64,000 nt of DNA, taken from sequence record SRR22947727_1461. One strand, written 5' to 3'. A program made the position numbers and the translations under genes. Shown here piece after piece: positions 22,251-31,460 of this stretch; the stretch's first letter is position 1, and each line of letters begins with the position of its first letter. Below the pieces are notes generated by a model. It made no database searches. It was not told the origin of the DNA and worked only from the letters and a program-made list of their open reading frames with translations.

Positions 22251-22880
22251 TTAATAATTTTTAGGCTTTTTAGCAGAAAATTTAGAATAATATATTTTCA
22301 ATTTATCCAGGTCTTTCTCTGTATTTCCACTCGGTATAAAAAAATTATCTAAAATTATTCTCTTAGTATTAAAATCGAAAGCAGCTTTAAAAATTCTTGC
22401 ATCAACTGCTTCTGCAATGTGCAAAAATCCAGTTCGCCATTGTTTTGTTTTTGATCGAGTACCTTCGGGTGCAATTGCTATTAGTGACCCCTTAAGTTTT
22501 TCCATATTTTCTACAGCTTCTTTAACAAGGCCTGAACCAGGCTTATTCTTATCGACAGGTATTCCTCCCATATATTTTAGAAACCTGCCTAAAAAGGGTT
22601 TTTTGAATAATGTGTGTTTTCCAAAAAAAGATATCTTTGCATCTAAACCTATTATTGCTATAAAACCAAAAAATCCATCCCAGTTAGATGTATGCGGCGC
22701 CGCTATAAGGACTAAATTTTCATTTTCTCTCATTTCAGGAATTCTTCCTTCAATTGTCCAACCAAATACTCTTAGCATCAATCTAGCAAGAAACTGTATT
22801 GCTTTTGGTCTATATGCCCTAAAAGCTTTAGGTATTTTATTTACATAAAATATAGGTCTATCACTTTTAATTTTAGTCAT
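22251..22880 (-). CDS. PlsC-like lysophospholipid acyltransferase
   Basis: APHTSNWD (HX4D), PEGTR. Confidence 0.88.
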   Translation of the reverse strand: MTKIKSDRPIFYVNKIPKAFRAYRPKAIQFLARLMLRVFGWTIEGRIPEMRENENLVLIAAPHTSNWDGFFGFIAIIGLDAKISFFGKHTLFKKPFLGRFLKYMGGIPVDKNKPGSGLVKEAVENMEKLKGSLIAIAPEGTRSKTKQWRTGFLHIAEAVDARIFKAAFDFNTKRIILDNFFIPSGNTEKDLDKLKIYYSKFSAKKPKNY

Positions 22881-22882
22881 TT

Positions 22883-23230
22883 TTATAAAATAAAAAAAAC
22901 ATTTTGAGCTGGGCGGCAGACTATAGCCCTATCATTCTTTATTGCTATTGGCCTCTCAATCAGTTTTGGATTTTTGATCATAGCTTTAACTAAAATTTTT
23001 TCGTTGCTCTCTTGTTTTAAATTTAAATTTTTAAAAGCAGGTTCATTTTTACGTATAAGTTCTCGAGCAGATTGATAGTCTAACTTCTTCAATAGGCTAT
23101 AAATTTTATCAGCCGTAAGGCTATTTTCCATATACTTAAAAACATTATAATCAATGCTCTTTTCATCAAGCAAAGCTAAAAGTTCACGGGATTTAGAGCA
23201 CCTAGGGTTATGATAAATTATTAAAGTCAT
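22883..23230 (-). CDS. arsC: ArsC-family arsenate reductase (glutaredoxin-type)
   Basis: YHNPRCSKSR, LIERPI; start set at MTLII (23230). Confidence 0.88.
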   Translation of the reverse strand: MTLIIYHNPRCSKSRELLALLDEKSIDYNVFKYMENSLTADKIYSLLKKLDYQSARELIRKNEPAFKNLNLKQESNEKILVKAMIKNPKLIERPIAIKNDRAIVCRPAQNVFFIL

Positions 23231-23417
23231 TAAGAATCCTGTTGACAGCCAAATGTAGCCTCCAAAGACAAATATGAAAAGCACTTAAGTAATTTTAATT
23301 GGTTTGAAGTTTTATTTTTGTTTTTCAGTCATAAAGATAAACTTTTAGATGGTAATAATAAAGTTAATTTCTGGTTTAGACATTTATGATACATTGAATT
23401 TAAAGGTAAATAGTTAA

Positions 23418-24554
23418 ATGAATGAAATTCCATATCAAATTTTTGCAGAAGAAAAATTCCTTTCAGTTATTGATATATTCAAATCAAATTTTGAGAGCAA
23501 ACAAGAACATGGAGCACAATTTTGTGCTTATAAAAATGGTGAATTAATTCTTGATTTGCACGGAGGGTGGGCTGATAAAAAAAAATCAAGGGTAATAAAC
23601 CCAAGTACATTATTTTCTGTTTTTTCATCCGGTAAAGCAGTTGCCTCCTTGGTAATAGCGCATTTAGTGGAACAAAATTATTTAAGTTATGATCAGTTAG
23701 TAAGTAGTATATGGCCTGAATTTGCAGAGCATGGGAAAAATAATTTGACTATCGCTCAACTTTTATCCCATCAATCTGGTCTATCAGGTATTAGTTGTCC
23801 AAATTGGACAAATGAAGATTGGTACTCATGGGAGAAAACTTGTAACACCCTCGCTAATCAAAAACCTATATTTTTACCAGGAAAGCTTAATGGCTATCAC
23901 CCCATAACATTTGGCTTCCTGATTGGAGAGATTGCTCGTCGCGCTGATAAGGATATGCGCTCACTTGGCAAGATACTAAGAGAGGATATCTGCGATCCTA
24001 ATAATCTGGACATATGGATTGGACTACCTAAAAATAAACATAATGACTGTTCAGAAATTATTAAACCAAATAAATTAGCTAATCTTGGAGAAATTAATGC
24101 TGCAACAGAATTTGCTTTTTTAAAGAACTGGTCGACTCCCAACCCAAAACCATTAGATAGATGGCGTGAAGCAGAGTTTGCAGGCAATAATTGTCATGCA
24201 AATGCAAAGTCTTTGGCTCAAATAATGCAAATGGCGGTTAACGGAAATATAAATACAAAAAACTATCTATCAGAAGAGAAAGTACTAAGTTTAAGAAAAT
24301 CTCATAGTAGCGGGCCTGATCTCGTATTACCCTTTATTTTAGATTTTGGAGCAGGCTTAATGAAAAATGCTCCAAATTATTTTTATGGGCCTTATCCAGA
24401 AACAGTAGGTCATAGTGGCTGGGGAGGTTCTTGTGTTTTTGCTGATCACATCAATGGCATATCTGGTGCATATGTGATGAATAAACAGAATAATACATTA
24501 ATAGGTGACCTAAGACCTAAGCGAATTATAGACGAAATGTATAATTGCCTTTAA
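23418..24554 (+). CDS. Beta-lactamase-family serine hydrolase/esterase
   Basis: FSSGK (SxxK), LLSHQSGL, YH.ITFG, GHSGWGGS. Confidence 0.88.
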   Translation: MNEIPYQIFAEEKFLSVIDIFKSNFESKQEHGAQFCAYKNGELILDLHGGWADKKKSRVINPSTLFSVFSSGKAVASLVIAHLVEQNYLSYDQLVSSIWPEFAEHGKNNLTIAQLLSHQSGLSGISCPNWTNEDWYSWEKTCNTLANQKPIFLPGKLNGYHPITFGFLIGEIARRADKDMRSLGKILREDICDPNNLDIWIGLPKNKHNDCSEIIKPNKLANLGEINAATEFAFLKNWSTPNPKPLDRWREAEFAGNNCHANAKSLAQIMQMAVNGNINTKNYLSEEKVLSLRKSHSSGPDLVLPFILDFGAGLMKNAPNYFYGPYPETVGHSGWGGSCVFADHINGISGAYVMNKQNNTLIGDLRPKRIIDEMYNCL

Positions 24555-24574
24555 AAGGCCAATAGGAGAGAAAC

Positions 24575-25036
24575 GTGTCAGAAAATGATTACATACAAAA
24601 ATTATGGGAAATTGGTCCCAGCATGGCGGAACATACGCCCCACGGAAAAGAATTAGGTATAAAATTTGTTGCCGTTGATAAAGGCAGAGCAACCATGAGC
24701 TTGCCCTACAATACCGAACTAATCGGAGACCCCAAAACAAGAGTGCTTCACGGAGGAGCGGTGACCACTTTACTTGATCAAGCTTGTGGACTAGCTGCCA
24801 TAGCCGGATTTGATGAACCAAGGATGTGTGCAACACTAAATCTATCTATAGATTATATGCGAGCAGCTGAGCCCGGAAAAACAATAATCGCACAAGCTCA
24901 TTGTTATAAGGCTACTAAACACGTGGCTTTTTTGCGTGCGGTGGCACACGATGGCGATGAAACTGATCCTGTTGCAACCGCTCAAGCTACTTTTATGGCG
25001 ACTAGCATGCTCAAAAAGGATATAAGAAATGTTTGA
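24575..25036 (+). CDS. PaaI-family hotdog thioesterase
   Basis: LHGGAVTTLLD, ATLNLSIDYMR. Confidence 0.88.
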   Translation: MSENDYIQKLWEIGPSMAEHTPHGKELGIKFVAVDKGRATMSLPYNTELIGDPKTRVLHGGAVTTLLDQACGLAAIAGFDEPRMCATLNLSIDYMRAAEPGKTIIAQAHCYKATKHVAFLRAVAHDGDETDPVATAQATFMATSMLKKDIRNV

Positions 25037-25442
25037 GCAAGAAAGAATTATTAAAGCCCTATCTCAAATTCCATATTCAATAAATTTAGGAGTCAAGCCA
25101 ATATTTATTGGGGAGGAGTTTACTTTGAGGATGCCCTTCAAAAACTCAAATATTGGCAATCCCACATTACCTGCATTACATGGGGGAGCAATCAGTGGTC
25201 TCATGGAAATAGCTGCAATTGCCCAGTTATATATAACAACCAATGGAAAAAGCCTTTCTAAACCCATTGGCATAAATGTAGACTACCTACGCAAAGGTTT
25301 ACCAAAAGACACTTATGCAAGAGCTGTTGTATTCAAACAAGGAGCTCGCGTTGCAAATGTTAGAGTAAGGTCTTGGCAGGAAGATTACAGCAAGCCAATA
25401 GCAGTAATGCATGGCCACTACCTAACTGATAAAGCCGATTAA
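25029..25442 (+). CDS. PaaI-family hotdog thioesterase
   Basis: GNP.LPALHGG.ISGLME, VDYLR; overlaps previous gene. Confidence 0.86.
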   Translation: MFEQERIIKALSQIPYSINLGVKPIFIGEEFTLRMPFKNSNIGNPTLPALHGGAISGLMEIAAIAQLYITTNGKSLSKPIGINVDYLRKGLPKDTYARAVVFKQGARVANVRVRSWQEDYSKPIAVMHGHYLTDKAD

Positions 25443-26785
25443 TGTCTACTTCAAAAGCTTTGAACTTAACATACAGAAATGTTTTTTCTCAAAGTTGGCC
25501 AATAATGTTAGCAAATGCTGCAGCACCCATTGTAGGACTTGTAGATACTTTAGTAATAGGAAGGTTTAGCTCCACAACAGCCTTGGCTGGAATAGGTTTA
25601 GGTGCCGTGATCTATGGAATTGCATATTGGGGATTTGGGTTTTTGCGTATGAGCACAGCTGGCCTGGCTGCTCAAAGTTTTGGTGCTGAAAGATATTCTG
25701 AAGTTCAAGCACACCTTGCCCGTGCAATTCCGCTAGGCATACTTATAGGTCTTGGTATATTCATCATGCAAATACCTCTACTCAATGGAGCACTTCTTGT
25801 GTTTTCAGGAACTCCAGATACAGAAAGTTCTGCGTCTATATATATACAGGCAAGGATTTGGGGGCTACCTGCAACACTTGCATCAATTGCCCTCATGGGG
25901 TGGTTCGTTGGCATTAGTCGATCAAGCCTCGCATTAAAAATGCAAATAGCCTTAAACGCAGTCAATATAATACTTTCTCCTATATTTGTAATACAGTTCG
26001 GGTGGGGGTTATGGGGAGTTGGTATAGCTTCAGCTATAGCCGAATGGTTTGGGCTCATAGTCGGATTATGGCTTGCACACTCTGAAATTATCAAACAAGG
26101 AGGTCTTATAAAAAAGGCTTTTTCAATTGATAGTTTATTGGATGCACCATCGATAAAGAAACTTGGAGTTACGAACAGCAATATTTTTATTCGTACAATG
26201 TGCCTCACTGTTGGCTTTAGCTTTTTTGGTAATGCGGCTGCAGCTCAAGGTATCATATTTCTGGCTAGTTATCATATCTTAATGCAATTTATCACAATGA
26301 TAGCACTTGTGCTGGATGCTTTCGCTCATACAGCAGAAGCATTTGTTGGTTCAGCTTATGGAGCAAAAAATTTACAAAATTTTGATAAGTCTGTTAAATT
26401 AACGACGGATTTTTCTATTATTTTTGCTTTTATATTAAGTTTGGTAATTTTTATACTTGGCCCCTTTGCAATTGAATTTTTATCTACTGATGAAAATGTT
26501 ATATCTACCGCGAATAGGTACTTACCTTACTGCGCATTGACACCTATTATTGGATTTGCAGCATGGCAATTAGACGGTATATTTATTGGTACAACTAGCA
26601 CTCGTGAAATGAGGAACGCTGGCATTGTGGCAGTCATAATTTATATCTTAGCTCATTATTTAATAACCATTAAACTTGAAAAGGATGGCATCTGGATCTC
26701 TTTTTTAATATATTATTTAGCACGTGCATTTACTTTATCTTATTATTATCCATCCATAAGAAAAAGAATATACTCCTCTTTATAG
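25442..26785 (+). CDS. dinF: MATE-family efflux transporter (DinF-like)
   Basis: P...GLVDT..IG, FGFLRMSTAG, LDGIFIG; about 12 TM segments. Confidence 0.88.
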   Translation: MSTSKALNLTYRNVFSQSWPIMLANAAAPIVGLVDTLVIGRFSSTTALAGIGLGAVIYGIAYWGFGFLRMSTAGLAAQSFGAERYSEVQAHLARAIPLGILIGLGIFIMQIPLLNGALLVFSGTPDTESSASIYIQARIWGLPATLASIALMGWFVGISRSSLALKMQIALNAVNIILSPIFVIQFGWGLWGVGIASAIAEWFGLIVGLWLAHSEIIKQGGLIKKAFSIDSLLDAPSIKKLGVTNSNIFIRTMCLTVGFSFFGNAAAAQGIIFLASYHILMQFITMIALVLDAFAHTAEAFVGSAYGAKNLQNFDKSVKLTTDFSIIFAFILSLVIFILGPFAIEFLSTDENVISTANRYLPYCALTPIIGFAAWQLDGIFIGTTSTREMRNAGIVAVIIYILAHYLITIKLEKDGIWISFLIYYLARAFTLSYYYPSIRKRIYSSL

Positions 26786-26832
26786 TATAATATTTTTGTA
26801 GGAGCTAAGGTTTAACTTTGCTAAACATACAT

Positions 26833-28506
26833 ATGCCAGGACCAAAACCCTTAATACAATGTACACCTCCCAAACTCATTTGGAGAGATAAAAATACACC
26901 TATTTCAAAAGATTATGATGATATATATTTTTCCTCAGAAGGAGCAGTCTCAGAAACTGAAACTATTTTTTTGAAAGCATGCGGGATTCCCGAAAGATGG
27001 AAAGATTTAGAAAACTTTACGATCTGTGAGTTAGGTTTTGGTTCCGGGACTAATTTTCTTACAACTATGAAAATGTGGCAAAAAACAAAACCAAAACAAG
27101 GAAGGCTTCATTATCTATCGATTGAAAAGCATCCTTTTGAAAAATCCCAGCTACAAGAAATTTTATTATCATTACCTGAGCTCAAAAATTTTAGTGATGA
27201 ATTAATAAAAGTCTGGCCTGGCCCTGTAAAGGGATTTCATAGACTGCACTTTGGAGATGTCAGCTTAACTTTAATTCATGATAATGCCTTTGACGCATTA
27301 CATGAGATAGATGCCAGAGTTGATGCATGGTTTCTAGATGGCTTCAGCCCCTCGAAAAACCCAGATATGTGGTCGGATGAAATAATAGAAAAAATATATG
27401 ATTTGTCAGCAAAGGGAGCTCGATTAGGAACTTTTACAGCTGCTGGAGCAGTAAAAAAATCCTTAGAAAAAGTAGGTTTTAAAGTTCACAAAAGGGAAGG
27501 TTTTGGTCGTAAACGTCATAGGCTTGAAGCTATACTGGAAGGGAAAAGAGTTAATAAGAAAATTATGCTTGCGCCGACTATAATTGGAGCCGGTATTGCA
27601 GGGGCATCACTAGCATTAGCTTTTAAAAGACGGGGAATTATTCCGCAAATAGTTCATAAAGAAGATTTTTTAGCAGCAAGTCACAATATAGTTGCATTAG
27701 TTAAACCCAGATTAGACCTACAAGATAGACCTGAAAGTAGGTTTTTTTTAAATAGCTACCTTTATGCTTTAAATTTGTATAAAGATCACTCCTTAAAAAA
27801 AGGGGTTACTCAAATACCAAAATCGAGTGACGAAATAATACGATTTAAAAAGTTATGCTCTCAATCCCCACTGCCTAAAAAGCATCTAAAATATGATGGT
27901 ACAGAGAATAAACTTAAACTTGGGAAATCTTTGATTATATGCCCAAAACTAATAATTAATAACTGGCTTAAAGGTATTCATTTAAAGCAAGAAATACCAA
28001 AAAATTCAGATTTAAAGTTTTTAGCGGCAGGTTTCGGACTGAAAAATATGCTTCAAGTCGAAAACATTCCTTTAAGGTTTACGCGAGGTCAAATATCATC
28101 TGTAAAAGCAAAACTTAAGAGTACATTAAGCTATGGTGGATACGCTATACCTATAGGGGGACATGTAATTGTTGGGGCTACTCATAATAGGCTTGATGGA
28201 AATAACCCTTTTACACCCAGAGTATCTGACGACATTGAAAATATTAACAATTTAAAAAACTTTACAGGCATAGCTGCCACTATATCTGGCGAGGACTCTA
28301 GGTCGTCAGTGAGAGTAACCTCTAAAAATACCCTCCCAATTATAAGTCAGTTGGATACGAATACTTGGCTTTTTACTGGACTTGGATCACGGGGATTTAC
28401 GTTTGCACCCTTATTGGCAGAAGCTATAGTTAGTAAAATATTACAAGAACCTATGCCTATCGCAAAGAGTGTTTGGGCTAAGTTTGATTACACTAATGTT
28501 AATTAA
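26833..28506 (+). CDS. mnmC: Bifunctional tRNA mnm5s2U34 methyltransferase/FAD oxidoreductase MnmC
   Basis: YDDIYFS, ELGFGSG.NF, DAWFLDGF.P.KNPDMW, IIGAGIAG, GLGSRG; ATG start 26833 preferred over TTG 26818. Confidence 0.9.
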   Translation: MPGPKPLIQCTPPKLIWRDKNTPISKDYDDIYFSSEGAVSETETIFLKACGIPERWKDLENFTICELGFGSGTNFLTTMKMWQKTKPKQGRLHYLSIEKHPFEKSQLQEILLSLPELKNFSDELIKVWPGPVKGFHRLHFGDVSLTLIHDNAFDALHEIDARVDAWFLDGFSPSKNPDMWSDEIIEKIYDLSAKGARLGTFTAAGAVKKSLEKVGFKVHKREGFGRKRHRLEAILEGKRVNKKIMLAPTIIGAGIAGASLALAFKRRGIIPQIVHKEDFLAASHNIVALVKPRLDLQDRPESRFFLNSYLYALNLYKDHSLKKGVTQIPKSSDEIIRFKKLCSQSPLPKKHLKYDGTENKLKLGKSLIICPKLIINNWLKGIHLKQEIPKNSDLKFLAAGFGLKNMLQVENIPLRFTRGQISSVKAKLKSTLSYGGYAIPIGGHVIVGATHNRLDGNNPFTPRVSDDIENINNLKNFTGIAATISGEDSRSSVRVTSKNTLPIISQLDTNTWLFTGLGSRGFTFAPLLAEAIVSKILQEPMPIAKSVWAKFDYTNVN

Positions 28507-30581
28507 ATTTTTCTGATTTCTACAGAAATATTGTTTAAAACAGCATTTCCTGAAAGATTATCTAATATAGAGGGGTCTGTAAGGTCGTTGATAGATACCC
28601 CTGGTTTTTTTCCAGCTTCTGTAAGCTTAACCCCTGCTCTACCATGCCCATATCCGTGAGGAATAGAGACAACTGACTGCATGATATCCTCTGTTATTTC
28701 AACAGGTAACTGAACTGATCCGATTTCATTGTATACCTCAACAAGTTCATTATTATCCAATCTAAGCATAGCAGCATCCTTAGGGTTTATCATTAATGTG
28801 CAGCGGTTGGGACCCTTAATCAGACGTTTAGAGTTATGCAGCCAACTATTGTTAGAGCGAACATGCCTGCGCCCAATCAAATTGAAACCGGAAGCCTTTG
28901 GCAATTTAAATGCTTCCTCAAACACTCTTAAATCTTTTAAAATTATATCGGGGGCACAATGAATTAATTTATCTTCTGTTTTGAGCCTTTCCGGTAATCT
29001 TGGATTTAAAGGCCCCAAGTCGTAACCATTGTTATTAGCTTTGAGTTGGGCCAAATTTATGCCATGCTTTGAAGATCTTAAGAATTGATCAAGTAATTCT
29101 GGCGGACTCACTCTTGGGGTTGGCGTAAGGTTACCGCCCTCGCGCAAAAGAGCATCAGTTAAATCAGCCATTATTTCCCAGTCTGACAAACTATTTTCTT
29201 TTTTTTCAAAAAGGGCGGGTGAATAATCAACATAATTTCTTATAGCAAGCGGAGCAAAGAAAAGCGGATAATGGTCTTTTTCAAGCGGCCCGCATGGTGG
29301 TAATATATAATCGGCGTGACGAGATGTTTCATTAATATACATATCGATAGAAACCATTAATTCTAAACTTTTAAAAGCTAAGTCTATTTGTTTTCCTCCT
29401 GGCGCGGATAAAACTGGGTTAGCCGCTATCGTAAGTAACGCTCCAATCTGTCCATCACCTTTTGTGATGATCTCAGAGGCTAACTCAGCAGCTGGCAACT
29501 CTCCAAGAACTTCAGGACGCCCCGAAACGCGTTGGTGATATCTAGCATATGAGCCTGTACCACTTCTTTCCACAGGGTCAATAACTGGGTCAGGAAACAT
29601 TACTCCACCTTCCTTATCTACATTACCAGTGGCAATGTTTAATAATTGAATTAACCAATGGTTTAATGTTCCGTGTTTTGTAACTGATATACCCATACGC
29701 CCATAAACTATAGCTGGCTTACCTGATCCAAGTTGCTCCGCTATCGATAAAATTATTTGGGGGCTAATCCCACAATAATTTGATAAGTCTTCAAGTGAAA
29801 ATCTACGAACAAAACTCATGGCCTTATCCCAATCCTTTAAGAATGCACTCAAATGTCTAGGGTTAATTAAATCATGCTCTCCTAAAGTTAATAATAATCC
29901 TATAAAAAAAGCTGTGTCAGTTCCTGGTTTAACATAATAATGCTCATCAGCTAATTTAGCAGTTTCTGTCCTTCTTGGGTCAATAACAACAAACTTTCCT
30001 CCACGGTCTTGTAATTTCTTAATACGGTTTTTAACATTTGGAACTGTCCAAAGAGAGCCATTGGAAGCTAAAGGGTTACCTCCTACACATAGCATATACA
30101 TAGTTCGATCTATATCGGGTACAGGGTACAAAGCATTGTGACCGTAAACCCACTTTTGGCATACCATATGAGGGATCTGGTCAAGAGTTGATGCTGAATA
30201 TATTCCTAAAACACCCCAAGCCTTCTTTAATCCACGCATAAAGAAACTACTAGAGTAGTTATGAACATTTGGGTTTCCAGCAAAAATTGCTGATGCTTTT
30301 TTATTTTTTAATATTGCCTTATGCTTTTTTGCTATGTCAGAAAAAGCTTCTGACCAAGTTACTTCCTTCCAACCAGTCTTAGTTTTTTTAATTGGATGCC
30401 TTAATCTATCAGGGTCATCCTGAATATCTGGAATTGCAGTGGCCTTTGGACATATATAACCTTGGGATAAGACATGATCAGGGTTACCCGTTACTTTTGT
30501 AACTTTATTACCCTCGATAGTCATAAGTGTCCCACAATTAGCTTCGCATATGTGGCAAGTACGTGCGTAAATCTCGCTCAT
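28503..30581 (-). CDS. Molybdopterin (bis-MGD) oxidoreductase, DMSO-reductase superfamily, unknown substrate
   Basis: CHICEANC...CPK [4Fe-4S] motif, IDPRRTETA, C-terminal molydop-binding domain (RSNNSWLHN, HGYGH); no Tat signal. Confidence 0.9.
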   Translation of the reverse strand: MSEIYARTCHICEANCGTLMTIEGNKVTKVTGNPDHVLSQGYICPKATAIPDIQDDPDRLRHPIKKTKTGWKEVTWSEAFSDIAKKHKAILKNKKASAIFAGNPNVHNYSSSFFMRGLKKAWGVLGIYSASTLDQIPHMVCQKWVYGHNALYPVPDIDRTMYMLCVGGNPLASNGSLWTVPNVKNRIKKLQDRGGKFVVIDPRRTETAKLADEHYYVKPGTDTAFFIGLLLTLGEHDLINPRHLSAFLKDWDKAMSFVRRFSLEDLSNYCGISPQIILSIAEQLGSGKPAIVYGRMGISVTKHGTLNHWLIQLLNIATGNVDKEGGVMFPDPVIDPVERSGTGSYARYHQRVSGRPEVLGELPAAELASEIITKGDGQIGALLTIAANPVLSAPGGKQIDLAFKSLELMVSIDMYINETSRHADYILPPCGPLEKDHYPLFFAPLAIRNYVDYSPALFEKKENSLSDWEIMADLTDALLREGGNLTPTPRVSPPELLDQFLRSSKHGINLAQLKANNNGYDLGPLNPRLPERLKTEDKLIHCAPDIILKDLRVFEEAFKLPKASGFNLIGRRHVRSNNSWLHNSKRLIKGPNRCTLMINPKDAAMLRLDNNELVEVYNEIGSVQLPVEITEDIMQSVVSIPHGYGHGRAGVKLTEAGKKPGVSINDLTDPSILDNLSGNAVLNNISVEIRKI

Positions 30582-30664
30582 TAGATCTCCTAACTAAAGG
30601 TTACTATAACCAAATAGTACTGCAGGATAAGAACAATTAGAAGTAAATAAATTATTATAATAAG

Positions 30665-31180
30665 CTATTTAAGGCGACGTCGTATAGGGTTAGGTCCCAA
30701 TGCACGCACACTACCGCTCCTTCGTCTGGAGGGCTGATAAGCAACTCTGCTATGAGCAGTACAATAAGGTTCATCTTTATCTTCAGTTTTTCTTCCACAA
30801 AAACGGAATTCAGATGTACTTGGGTCACCAATAGGCCATTTACACATATGATCTCTGATAGTTAATATAGTAGCATATTTACCATTAGCCATTGGTTTGG
30901 CTTCAATTGGAGGCGGCGGTGGAGGAACAGAAATTGTTGATCGTTGCTTTCTTGGTGCTGAAGGCAACCTAGCTGCTCTTGTGCGAGCCGCCGTAGCTTT
31001 TCGAGTTGGTTTTTTTGTAGGATTTGAAGGTTTGGCTCTGCCTGATAATCCAAGGCGGTGAACCTTGCCTATAACAGCATTCCTCGTAACTTCACCGAGT
31101 TCTTTGGCAATCTGGCTTGCTGACAAACCTTCTGCCCATAGTTTAGTAAGTATTTCAACTCGATCCTCTGTCCACGCCAT
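30665..31180 (-). CDS. gcrA: Cell-cycle regulator GcrA
   Basis: MAWTEDRVE.L..LWAEGLSASQIA..LG..TRNAVIGKVHRLGL and CKWPIGDP...FCG...YC..H; GGGGAG RBS supports start at 31180. Confidence 0.97.
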   Translation of the reverse strand: MAWTEDRVEILTKLWAEGLSASQIAKELGEVTRNAVIGKVHRLGLSGRAKPSNPTKKPTRKATAARTRAARLPSAPRKQRSTISVPPPPPPIEAKPMANGKYATILTIRDHMCKWPIGDPSTSEFRFCGRKTEDKDEPYCTAHSRVAYQPSRRRSGSVRALGPNPIRRRLK

Positions 31181-31239
31181 TTTAAAATACTCCCCTAATC
31201 GGTATCTTGAAAAAGCTCTTTCAATAAAAAACACTGCGC

Positions 31240-31360
31240 ACACAATATATAGTTTATTAAAAACAGCTATAAAACTAAATTACACAATATACAGTATATA
31301 ATGTTGTAAAAACCACAAGATAGGCATGCAAAGCTATCCACAGAAATCAACATATAGATA
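31240..31360. promoter_or_regulatory. Array of NrdR-box-like sites in the gcrA/ABC-permease divergent region
   Basis: ACACAATATATAGTTT (31240), ACACAATATACAGTAT (31282), half-site CCACAAGATA (31313), AATCAACATATAGATA (31345) vs consensus acaCwAtATaTwGtgt; spacings 42/31/32 bp. Confidence 0.65.
31334..31342 (+). promoter_or_regulatory. DnaA-box-like site upstream of gcrA
   Basis: CTATCCACA, one mismatch to TTATCCACA; DnaA activates gcrA in Caulobacter. Confidence 0.5.
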
Positions 31361-31460
31361 TAATAATTTATAGAAAAATTTACCTCAAATGTATTCATCC
31401 TAGCACTTGGCTTGCAAATAAGGTCATGTTAGTGCGGTGGTTAGTAAAAAGGTATTAATT

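Noticed and set aside
22251-22880. Possible horizontal origin of the AT-rich acyltransferase
   Set aside because: The compositional difference cannot be quantified by eye, and there are no flanking repeats, integrase or tRNA.
31181-31243. N-terminal extension of GcrA given by the ORF track (similar upstream starts for arsC, dapF, acnA, PCuAC, mnmC)
   Set aside because: Family N-termini and RBS/promoter positions support the downstream ATGs.
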